The translations under genes were made by a program, and so were the position numbers. From assembly GCA_036172245.1 (NCBI GenBank), contig JAYWIR010000007.1, forward strand, positions 5,391,574 to 5,411,573: a stretch of DNA of 20,000 nt, given 5' to 3'. Positions 9,361 through 20,000 of this stretch are shown here, piece after piece. Every line of letters begins with the position of its first letter. The stretch's first letter is position 1. Origin of the DNA: Raillietiella orientalis (Eukaryota). The notes under the pieces are model-generated. The model saw only the letters and a program-made list of their open reading frames with translations. It did not search any database and was not told where the DNA came from.

Positions 9361-11527
9361 TCACTTCCTCCGACGAACCGACAGCTGCCACACACGCGCA
9401 CCGACAACAAGTCACCGTGGTCAAACACAATCGTGCACAGAGAGGCACAGAGAGAGAGCGCACACATGCCCGATGCGGACACGACGAAAGCTTCCTTTCG
9501 AATGGAATGAGAAAATTTTCATCCTTTGTTGGAACGTTCGACGACGGAACAATGATGCCGGTCGTCCTGGGCGACGCCCTGGCCGGCGGTCGACGCTGGC
9601 AACAGCTCTCTTCGCACCTGTCCCGTCCCCATCTACAAATATTGCAAAACGGCAATCCATTCTGTGGATGGACGCTAAGGGCTCCTACATACGCCCATCA
9701 GCACACTTTCCAATCAGCGTGGACGTTCTCATTTCCGTACGCCACCATTACCGAAGCAGGCTGCGTGCAAGATGTACACGCTCCCATCAAGAAGGGCAAA
9801 ATGGAAACGTCGACATCCGCAAGCACGTGTCGGTGGACGGAAAAGCTGCCTAGCACTCCGGATCACTTTGCATCTTCAGGTACTTTCTGAGCAAAGTGGA
9901 CTGCCCGCACATTCGCCGGTCGACACCGAAATTGTCGGCTCTGCTGCGGAAATAGGTGAGTGTGCGTCACTGCCAATATGCCCGCAGTTCCATCCATGCG
10001 AATGCAATTCTATCCGTCTCCCCTCGAAGTGTTAACCACCGAAGCGTGTTCGCGTGAACGCACCGATATCCTGGAATATTGAGTATTTGCAGCATGAAAT
10101 ATTGAGAATCGATGTGTGTGCGTATACACTTCTACATTCCTGTTGATGCGCTACTCCCAATCGAGAGATTCAAAGACTGATGGGAAGATTGATAGAAGCG
10201 TGTATGCAAATATGTGAACGTAGGTTCATATCAACAGGGACTGCTGAACATACAAACACGCACACGCATTTATATATATGTATACATGTATTGAGTAGCA
10301 ATGCGTACATCAACATCTGCATGCATTTTACAGCGCGGATAGTGACAGCTCTTGCATCCACGGGTTGAATCCGTGCCATCATCGTTAGGGCTCGACTGGT
10401 GCTAGAAATCAGCACGCAGCGAATGGTGATCACCAGGATGGCATTAGGGCTACTGCGCGGTGACCTCACCTGGGAGAGGAAGCCTCCGACAGCCATCCCC
10501 GTTTGAAACAAGGCTTGGAACGGAGGGCCTGGTGATCCTTGTCCCCTTTCTCCCTTTGTTTTGTTGATTATGTCTTTGCTCTCCCTTACCCATTCGTTCC
10601 GTGCCGACGCTTTTCCCTCTGATCGCGGTGTACGCAGAGCGATACCGAAGATCCCCTTCCCACCAAGCTTGTTTCTTTTTTTTTGTGCCTTTGTCCCTGA
10701 CCGTTCTGGACATTCCGTCTTCCCACCCTTCGTGGCCGCGCACCTACCCTTCGTTTCTTGTTGTCGTCGGTTGGCAACTTTCCTTCCCAACCGACTGATT
10801 TCCTTTTATAAACGAAACCTCGCAACATGAGCGTTTGAAAAACTTCAACGTGCGCCTTCTGTCAGGAGAAGGCGCCTCGGTCCACGAGGTGTGCACAGCG
10901 GTGCACACGCGCACCATCGACCACGTTTTCCTTGATCGGCTTCTGTGCATCGGCTCGCGCAGGCGCGGCAAGGTGCGGTCGGAGCTATCCGATCACTTCC
11001 GGATGGTATTCAAAGTTCGGCCAATTAGCAGCGGTCCCCCCTCGATTGCGGACTAGGAAAATCTTCCTGGTGCCGCGAAACCCCTTCCCTCGTTCTTTCG
11101 GAGTTTTCAGGCTGCAGACGCCCACGGAGTGGGGCCGCGGCAAACGCTCGGTCCGTCTCGGACGAGCTTTTCCATCAGCTTCCCTTTTTCGCTGTTCTGT
11201 CTCGAACGCTATGTCTGTTCAGAGCTGCAGGGTTTCTTGGGAGACGAAATGTTGAGTGAAACTTTAATTCTTGTTCAGACACTTCCCTCGAAGCTAAAAT
11301 GGTGGCACACGATCGACACGGAAGTATCGCGACACAGGTGGTTCTGTGACGCTTTCGTAGCCCACGTGGCAAAAGTTCTGTCACACTTTGGTGTGAATGA
11401 GGGCACGGATGCGCGTTGTTTTCCTGCTGAGCGATCCAGCCTCCCAGTATCGCACAGTTTGAGCGCCACGAAGACCTGAGAGTTTGATTGCCTTAGCCAT
11501 CTTTCCGTTGCTAGTGGCTCCTCCGTC

Positions 11528-11680
11528 TGCCTTCTGAACTGTGCTGGCACCGCACGGAAACTTGTTTCCGGGATCGGCCCCTTCTGCGCAATGGAATTGC
11601 CCGTGGCGCGAACGATTCTCCTTCCGCCCATTTGCGGAATGTTCCTCTTCGTTCACGAGCCTCTTCTGCTGCCGAGCAAG
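11528..11680 (-). pseudogene. Degenerate ankyrin-repeat remnant
   Basis: QQKRLVNEEEHSA...FHCAEGADPGNKFPCGASTVQKA is in exact register with the ankyrin consensus GADPNxKDxxGxTPLHxA (G,A,D,P,K,G,A identical). Confidence 0.45.
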
Positions 11681-12159
11681 TTTCGCAACGTTTGGTGCTA
11701 CCCAGTCTCACGCTCAGCATGGCTCTTCCTTGATCGGGATGCTTTCCTGCTAGGGATTGCCGAGCGTGCTCTCTTTGCAATGCTCTCACGGAGGACGCAA
11801 ATGTTCTCCTATTTCTTCTAAAAGTGACGCCTCCAATCTCTCTGGAATGCTGCCTACCAACGAACTTATAGCACGTTTCACTTCCCCTCGAAGCCTTTCT
11901 TCTTTTTATCTGCAATTTCTCTATCTCTGTGCTGTGCCTTGGAATTCTTCTAAAGAAATGGCCTGTCATGTGTTCTCAGGGATCCCTATTTGAAAGTGGT
12001 TCCAAAATTTTCTTCTGGACCATGTCCTCAAAAGTTTCTTGTGCCCGTTTCTTCACCTTACTGCCTGGAGGGGTGACTGACGGAAGACAGCTGTTCATAA
12101 TCAGCGTGACCGATTCGTCCGCCAGTTCCAACCCTCCCAGGCAATTCTTCGTTCTCTCT

Positions 12160-12535
12160 CCATGTAGGTATTCGTCTCCATGCAAATCTTGTCTTCCGAA
12201 AAAGGAAAGAAGCTACACTGCCAGGACCACTAGCGGAAAGTGAGGGTGACTGTCCTCTGTTATCTTTTACACTAGGATGGGCTCCATCGCTTAAGAGTGA
12301 AGCTGCAACTACATCAGGCTTTGCCCCCTTTCCCAGCTATACTCGATACAGCACGTAATGCCATTCTCCTCCCGTGAGGTTAAGAACAATTTCTAAATCT
12401 TGATGATCCTCATTATCTTCTCGAAACTCTTACATAGAAGCCTTACAGAACCAGAGAACCTTCGTAACCAGAGGAAGAAAGGTAGACATTAGGGATACTT
12501 CATGGTTGTATATTTAGCTTCTGTTCTTTTTGCAT
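12160..12535 (-). pseudogene. Ankyrin-repeat protein pseudogene, Wolbachia ANK-like
   Basis: MQKEQKLN (ATG at 12535) ...frameshift... EFREDNEDHQDLEIVLNLTGGE..VLY..*...LLSDGAHPSVKDNRGQSPSLSA (12297-12232; consensus LLxxGADPNxKDxxGxTPLHxA), then frameshifted QDLHGDEYLH (12191-12162). May extend to about 11900. Confidence 0.65.
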
Positions 12536-12699
12536 TGAACGTGTGCGAAAAAACCACATGCTTGTTAAATCGTCAAATCAAGAGTCATCAGAGGATTCCT
12601 AGCCCACTACAGCAGGGAACTGTGAAAGAAGAGAAATTCAGTACGTCTTCTGCGGCTCATGAATCACGTCCTTGATGGGGACCAGCTGACTCTCTTTCT

Positions 12700-13970
12700 T
12701 CATGCTACCTCTCTTTGCATTGCTTGCCAGCCAGTATCTTGAGGAGTCACAAGCGAATTGAATGTCCAGTCGATAGACGTTTCTTTGGTGTCGGTGTATT
12801 TTCAGATGTAATTATCTCTATGGATTTCCGAATTACACTCGCTCTGTGGCAGTTTTCGTTTAGAATTTCTGATTTTTTCGATAAATAGGTCACCCTCATG
12901 ATCGATCAGAATCAAATGCTCTTTGCCTGCTGTTTTTCAGATAGAAAAGATTACAGTTGCTGACATCTTCCATGGGTCGGCGGGTCCAAAGGAGCGAAAT
13001 AAGGGACATGGAGTCTCCGCATCGGTGAGAGATGCCCCGGAGAAAGGAAAACCCGAACCGATTTGACCAGCTTTCTGCGCACTGATGGCACGATTCCGTA
13101 CCGTCGCACTGCACGTCCCGACTGATGAAGAACGCACCTGCAGACGGTCCTTCTCTTCGGGGTTCGAGGACGCCTCTTCTGCCGATATCTCCGTTCCCTC
13201 GGCAGGGTGTGATTTCCGGTCCACACTCCAAATATCGGGGTCGCTCTCCGCACTTTCTTCAAATCCCGCCCCGTAGACCTGAGGAAAATCGGCAAATTCC
13301 TTCTCCCGTGCTACAGTCGTGCTGCTTGGGTTCCCCTTTTGAGTTCTGGACGGACCCTCCGGGTTCGTTTGTTGGTTCCTTCCCAAGGAGCGTAATGCCA
13401 CCTCTTCCAACCTTTTCTTATGCTTGCGGAATAGAAAGCAAGCCGTGTTTCTACGTGATGGGATTTTCTCGTTCAGGATCTTGCTGTGTACACCTTCTTG
13501 ATGCCCCTCTTCAAAGCACTGGTGGTTCCTGCAGCTCCATCCTGTTTCCTCGGGACAATTTCGCTTTTTGCAGTTCCTCTTCTTCCTTGTTCCTCTCGAC
13601 CTGAGCTTTTGGCTTTTCCACGCCACGCTGCTTGCATTGCTTCTGACCTTCCTCATCCTGCTGCTTTTCGCGTTTCGCAATCTGTTTTTCTCCTTCTTCT
13701 TTGCTTCTTCAGCTTAGGATTCATCCTCTTTTGATCCCTCCTTGCACATCGGATGGCTTCCTCATCTCTCTTTTCGAATTCTCGTCTCTCTTTATCGGCC
13801 ACAGTGTGCTTTCTCTTGAACAGCCACGTGCTTTTGCGCATCTTCGGGAGAGTTTCCTCCAACGACAGCGTGTCCTCGCTTTCCCCGCTCTCCCTTAGCT
13901 GCACTCCACGCAACTTGCGATTGCCCATCTCCGAGGTGAACCAATGCCACCTTTTCCAGTCGGCTTTCAT
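12700..13970 (-). pseudogene. Decayed gene with a Glu/Lys/Arg-rich, coiled-coil-like N-terminal part; product unknown
   Basis: ORF 13680-12937 continues in frame through isolated TGA codons (SI*KTAGKEHLILIDHEG...) to TGA at 12702-12700. Charged segments (KERREFEKRDEE, EEKQIAKREKQQDEE) switch frames upstream. It is co-oriented with, and ~165 bp upstream of, the ANK remnant. Confidence 0.4.
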
Positions 13971-15340
13971 GCTGAAAAATTCGAAGACTGCCAGCGGCTA
14001 CTCCTCTTCCGTTTGCTTCGGGTGGTTCTCGGAAGAAACGGTAACAGCAGACGGCTTTCCGAACGGTAACTGGCTTTCCTCTGTCCAATTACAAGCTTTG
14101 TGCTCCGGGCAATGAAGTTCTGCCTCCCCCAAACACAGGGACGTGATCCTGGACCACATGGGAATGCAGGCTGAGCACAATGCTTTCCAAATAGGGCGTG
14201 TTCGACCTGGAAATCATGCAAAAGTCATGAGCCACCATGCGCATCGCATGTACTGCACACTATCAAGAACGTTGCATTCATCGTACCGATACTCAACTCT
14301 CCTTGTCCATCAGCTTTTCTGCTTTCTCAAGGCAACCGGGTTCGCAAGTCGACAATTTTTCAGGAATACCCCTGAGGCAAGATACACGGGATGTGTTTAA
14401 AATGGCAAGCGTTAAGAATCGCTTTCCGTTTAGCTTGGGAAGCGAATCCGAGGTTGTGGATTCGCAGAGAAGCGAGTTACTTCCGGATGATGTTCGCTAT
14501 CTGCTACGATGTTCCCAACTTATAAACAACGCCCAAGTAGATGAGCAATCTATCCAGCAGCAGTACAATGTTCAGATGTGCGATCTGTTCCACGAAATCC
14601 TCGAGTCGAACTGGGAACCGAATTCACAATCAGCACACGTTTCAGAAAAAAGGTCCTTAGCTAAGAAACAAGAATGGTTGCCAAACACAGAGGTGTCCGT
14701 ACTCACGTCGCACAATCGACTGAGCACGCACCCAAGCAACGCGTTTGGCGAACGACAATCCATCCTGGTGGTGCGCACAGTGGTGCACGCAAACCTGCGA
14801 AACAACTCGACCGGCGGTCTTTTTGGAAAGTCTCTTTGGCTCGTTTCCTTTTTCCCGATTCTCGCAATCGGGGTGAAGAATCGACCCCGTTGGTTGACTT
14901 GCTGCTTCACGCTTTCGTCTATCGGCGTGTGTACGATGTGTACGCTGCTAACGCACTTGGTCACACGCGCTATCCAAGGCGTGCGTGTTCCGTTTTCGTG
15001 AAGGATGCGCATGTCCATCGAGCCTGTGCACGCGTCTTCTCCCTCACCACCGTCTGGGTCAGAGTACGCATTCTGCAACGCAGCACATGCGAGTTGCGCC
15101 AAACGGAAAGGACGCGGTTGACATCGAATGTCTTCTTCAGCACGGCAGCTGTCCGTGGAGCATGGGCTTCCCGGAGAAACACGGTCCTTCGGAGGTACGC
15201 ATCCTCCTCGCCTGCAACAACAGCAAGGAGGCTCGCGAGCATCATGCTGGTGAGTGTGCAATCCACGCTGCACCCATTCAATGTTCGCCAAAAAAAAAAA
15301 CTCCGTCGGGAAAAAGTCGTTTTCGAATTTGCAACTTTTT

Positions 15341-18300
15341 AATTCCGACACTGGTTACCATGAAAACGACACAGAGTCCACAGTGCCCCACCCTAATGAA
15401 ACGTCGGACTCATCTCAATGTCCTTCTGAACCAACGAAAAAGGACGTTTGTGCTTGCATCCATCACGGGAATGTTCCGGTAACTGAAAACGGATCCTCCG
15501 TGAAAAAACGCAAAACTGCAAAGGTGAAATCTGCTGATTTCGAATTGATTCCGAACTCCCAAAAGTTGCAAATTCGGACGACATATTGAATCAAAGAGAG
15601 GAAAAACCTTTTCCTTCTAATTCCGACACTGGTTACCATGAAAACGACAGAGAGTCCACAGTGCCCCACCCTAATGAAACGTCGGACTCATCCCAATGTC
15701 CTTCTGAACCAAAGAAAAAGGACGTTTGTGCTTGCATCCATCACGGGAATGTTCCGGTCACTGAAAACGTATCCTCCGTGAAAAAACGCAAAAGTGCAAA
15801 GGTCAAATCTGCTGATTTCGAATTGATTCAGAACCCCCAAAAGTTGCCAATTCCGACCACATAATGAAACAAAGAAAGGGAAAACCTTTTCCTTGTAATT
15901 CCGACACTGGTTACCATGAAAACGACACAGAGTCCACAGTGCCTCACCATAATGAAACGTAGGACTCATCTCAATGTCCTTCTGAACCCACGAAAATGGA
16001 CGTTTGTGCTTCTATCCATCACGGGAATGTTCTGGTCACTGAAAACGTATCCTCCGTGAAAAAACGCAAAAGTGCAAAGGTCAAATCTTCTAATTTCGAA
16101 TTGATTCCGAACCCCCAAAAGTTGCAAATTCAGACCACATAATGAAACAAAGAGAGGGAAAACCTTTTCCATGTAATTCCGACACTGGTTACCATGAAAA
16201 CGACACAGAGTCCACAGTGCCCCACCCTAATGAAACGTAGGACTCATCTGAATGTCCTTCTGAACCCACGAAAAAGGACGTTTGTGCTTCTATCCATCAC
16301 GGGAATGTTCCGGTAACTGAAAAGGGATCCTAAGTGAAAAAACGCAAAAGTGCAAAGGTCAAATCTGCTGATTTCGAATTGATTCCGAACCCCCAAAAGT
16401 TGCAAATTCGGACCACATAATGAAACAAAGAAAGGGAAAACCTTTTCCTTCTAATTCCGAAACTGGTTACCATGAAAACGACACAGAGTCCACAGTGCCC
16501 CACCCTAATGAAACGTAGGACTCATCTCAATGTCCTTCTGAACCCACGAAAATGGACGTTTGTGCTTCTATCCATCACGGGAATGTTCCGGTAACTGAAA
16601 AGGGATCCTACGTGAAAAAACGCAAAAGTGCAAAGGTCAAATCTGCTGATTTCGAATTGATTCCGAACCCCCAAAAGTTGCAAATTCGGACCACATAATG
16701 AAACAAAGAGAAGGAAAACCTTTTTCTTCTAATTCCGACACTGGTTACCATGAAAACGACACAGAGTCCACAGTGCCCCACCCCAATGAAACGTAGGACT
16801 CATCTGAATGTCCTTCTGAACCCACGAAAATAAACGTTTGTGCTTCTATCCATCACGGGAATGTTCCGGTAACTGAAAAGGGATCCTACGTGAAAAAACG
16901 CAAGAGTGCAAAGGTCAAATCTGCTGATTTCGAATTGATTCCGAACCCCCAAAAGTTGCAAATTCGGACCACATAATGAAACAAAGAGAAGGAAAACCTT
17001 TTTCTTCTAATTCCGACACTGGTTACCATGAAAACGACACAGAGTCCACAGTGCCCCACCCTAATGAAACGTAGGACTCATCTCAATGTCCTTCTGAACC
17101 CACGAAAATGGACGTTTGTGCTTCTATCCATCACGGGAATGTTCCGGTAACTGAAAAGGGATCCTACGTGAAAAAACGCAAGAGTGCAAAGGTCAAATCT
17201 GCTGATTTCGAATTGATTCCGAACCCCCAAAAGTTGCCATTTCGGACCACATAATGAAACAAAGAGAAGGAAAACCTTTTTCTTCTAATTCCGACACTGG
17301 TTACCATGAAAACGACACAGAGTCCACAGTGCCCCAACCTAATGAAACGTCGGACTCATCTCAATGTCCTTCTGAACCCACGAAAATGGACGTTTGTGCT
17401 TCTATCCATCACGGGAATGTTCCGGTAACTGAAAAGGGATCCTACGTGAAAAAACGCAAAAGTGCAAAGGTCAAATCTGCTGATTTCGAATTGATTCCAA
17501 ACCCCCAAAAGTTGCAAATTCGGACCACATACTCAAACAAAGAGAAGGAAAACCTTTTCTTTCTAATTCCGACACTGGTTACCATGAAAACGACACAGAG
17601 TCCACAGTGCCCCACCCTAATGAAACGTCGGACTCATCTCAATGTCCTTCTGAACCCACGAAAATGGACGTTTGTGCGTATATCCATCACAGGAATTTTG
17701 CGGTCACTGAAAACGGATCCTCCGTGGAAAAACGCAAAAGTGCAAAGGTGAAATCTGCTGATTTCGAATCGATTCCAAACCCCCAAAAGTTGCAAATTCG
17801 GACCACATAATGAAACAAAGAGAAGGAAAACCTTTTCCTTCTAATTCCGACACTGGTTACCATGAAAACGACACAGAGTCCACAGTGCCCCACCCTAATG
17901 AAACGTAGACTCATCTCAATGTCCTTCTGAACCCACGAAAATAAACGTTTGTGCTTCTATCCATCACGGGAATGTTCCGGTAACTGAAAAGGGATCCTAA
18001 GTGAAAAAACGCAAAAGTGCAAAGGTCAAATCTGCTGATTTCGAATTGATTCCGAACCCCCAAAAGTTGCAAATTCGGACCACATAATGAAACAAAGAGA
18101 GGGAAAACCTTTTCCTTCTAATTCCGACACTGGTTACCATGAAAACGACACAGAGTCCACAGTGCCCCACCCTAATGAAACGTAGGACTCATCTCAATGT
18201 CCTTCTGAACCCACGAAAATGGACGTTTGTGCTTCTATCCATCACGGGAATGTTCCGGTAACTGAAAACGGATCCTCCATGAAAAAACGCAAAAGTGCAA

Positions 18301-18800
18301 AGGTCAAATCTGCTGATTTCGAATTGATTCCGAACCCCCAAAAGTTGCCATTTCGGACCACATAATGAAACAAAGAGAAGGAAAACCTTTTTCTTCTAAT
18401 TCCGACACTGGTTACCATGAAAACGACACAGAGTCCACAGTGCCCCACCCTAATGAAACGTAGGACTCATCTCAATGTCCTTCTGAACCCACGAAAATGG
18501 ACGTTTGTGCTTCTATCCATCACGGGAATGTTCCGGTAACTGAAAAGGGATCCTACGTGAAAAAACGCAAAAGTGCAAAGGTCAAATCTGCTGATTTCGA
18601 ATTGATTCCGAACCCCCAAAAGTTGCAAATTCGGACCACATAATGAAACAAAGAAAGGGAAAACCTTTTCTTTCTAATTCCGACACTGGTTACCATGAAA
18701 ACGACACAGAGATCACAGTGCCCCACCCTAATGAAACGTAGGACTCATCTCAAAGTCCTTCTGAACCCACGAAAATGGAAGTTTGTGCTTCTATCCATCA
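15341..18800. repeat. Satellite array family A, 278-bp monomer, about 12.4 copies
   Basis: The anchor TTCCGAC recurs at 15343, 15621, 15899, 16177, 16455 (variant TTCCGAA), 16733, 17011, 17289, 17567, 17845, 18122, 18400 and 18678. Period 278, with one 277. Confidence 0.98.
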
Positions 18801-20000
18801 AAAGCTGCAAAGTTGGACCACATAATGAATGAGAGCGAAGGAGAATATTCCCCTTGTAAGTCCGACACTGGTTACCATGAAAACAAGACAGAATCCAAAG
18901 TGCCACGCCCTAATGAAATTTCGAACTCTTCTTAATCATCCTCTGAAAGCAGAAATTGGAATGGCTTTCGGCTCTCCATGAAAACGATTTGCCACTCACT
19001 GCAAAAGGATGCTTCGTGAAGAGGCGCAAAAGTGCAATGGTGAAATCTTTTGTTTTCTAATATCTTACATATCCGCAAAAGCTGCAAAGTTGGACCAGAT
19101 AATGAATGAGAGCGAAGGAGAATATTCCCCTTGTAAGTCCGACACTGGTTACCATAAAAAAAGACAGAGTCCAAAGAGCCACGCCCTAATGAAATTTGGA
19201 ACTCTTCTTAATCATCCTCTGAAAGCAGAAATTGGAAGGGCTTTCGGCTCTCCGTGAAAGGGATTTGCCACTCTCTGCAAATGGATGCTTCGTGAAGAGG
19301 CGCAAAAGTGCAATGGTGAAATCTTTTGTTTTCTAATATCTTACATATCCGCAAAAGCTGCAAAGTTGGACCAGATAATGAATGAGAGCGAAGGAGAATA
19401 TTCCCCTTGTAAGTCCGACACTGGTTACCATGAAAACAAGACAGAGTCCAAAGAGCCACGCCCTAATGAAATTTGGAACTCTTCTTAATCATCCTCTGAA
19501 AGCAGAAATTGGAAGGGCTTTCGGCTCTCCGTGAAAGGGATTTCCCACTCACGGATAAAAAATGCTTCTTGAAAAGGCGCAAAAGTGCAATGGTGAAATC
19601 TTCTGTTTTCTAATTGTTTACAAATCCCGAAAAGCTGCGAAGTTGGACCACATAATGAATGAGAGCGAAGGAGAATATTAACCTTTTGAGTCCGACACTG
19701 GTTACCATGAAAACAAGACAGAGAGCAAAGTGCCACTCCCTAATAAAATTTCGAGCTCTTCTTAATCATCCTCTGAAAGCAGAAATTGGAAAGGCTTTCG
19801 GCTCTCCATGAAAGGGATTTGCCACTCTCTGCAAATGGATGCTTCTTCAAGAGACGCAAAAGTGCAATGGTGAAATCTTCTGTTTTCTAATTGTTTACAA
19901 ATCCCGAAAAGCTGCGAAGTTGGACCACATAATGAATGTGAGCGAAGGAGAATATTAACCTTTTGAGTCCGACACTGGTTACCATGAAAACAAGAAAGAG
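18801..20000. repeat. Satellite array family B, ~277-bp monomer homologous to family A, runs off the window
   Basis: The anchor GTCCGAC recurs at 18860, 19137, 19413, 19690 and 19967 (periods 277/276/277/277). It shares conserved boxes with family A but differs widely between them. Confidence 0.97.

Noticed and set aside
11048..11076. Imperfect hairpin GCGGACTAGGAA-AATC-TTCCTGGTGCCGC
   Set aside because: Isolated, with no U tract or associated element; may be chance.
14237..15001. 254-aa ORF whose hydrophobic end (LW...LAI...FTLS.I...MC) loosely recalls SURF1-family C-termini
   Set aside because: Only scattered residues match and the SURF1 N-terminal LGxWQ motif is absent. Not supportable without an HMM search.
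15341..20000. CRISPR array or repeat-protein gene
   Set aside because: Whole monomers repeat with no unique spacers and no cas genes are present. The period of 278 is not a multiple of 3, and the ORFs are short and stop-ridden.

Overview
Eukaryotic (most likely invertebrate) nuclear DNA from a repeat-rich region with no intact gene. From left to right: (1) about 0.2-5.05 kb is a decayed L1/Tx1-type non-LTR retrotransposon, with a zinc-knuckle ORF1, an APE-endonuclease/RT/CCHC ORF2, and a 3' AATAAA, stem-loop and short A tail. (2) About 5.05-7.7 kb is decayed alphaproteobacterial DNA that looks specifically Wolbachia-like: a frameshifted trmD, the overlapping start of rplS, and a dead IS200-family insertion sequence with end hairpins. 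This is a probable nuclear endosymbiont insertion (nuwt). (3) About 8-11.5 kb is unassigned and partly very GC-rich. (4) About 11.5-14 kb holds minus-strand ankyrin-repeat gene remnants and a charged gene remnant, probably a second, more decayed endosymbiont-derived block. (5) From 15.34 kb to the end is a ~278-bp satellite array that switches abruptly at 18800 to a related ~277-bp family. I see no intact novel functional system; the main interest is the endosymbiont fossil, including a bacterial IS, lying between a LINE and satellite DNA. All protein assignments come from manual translation and remembered family motifs, not database searches.
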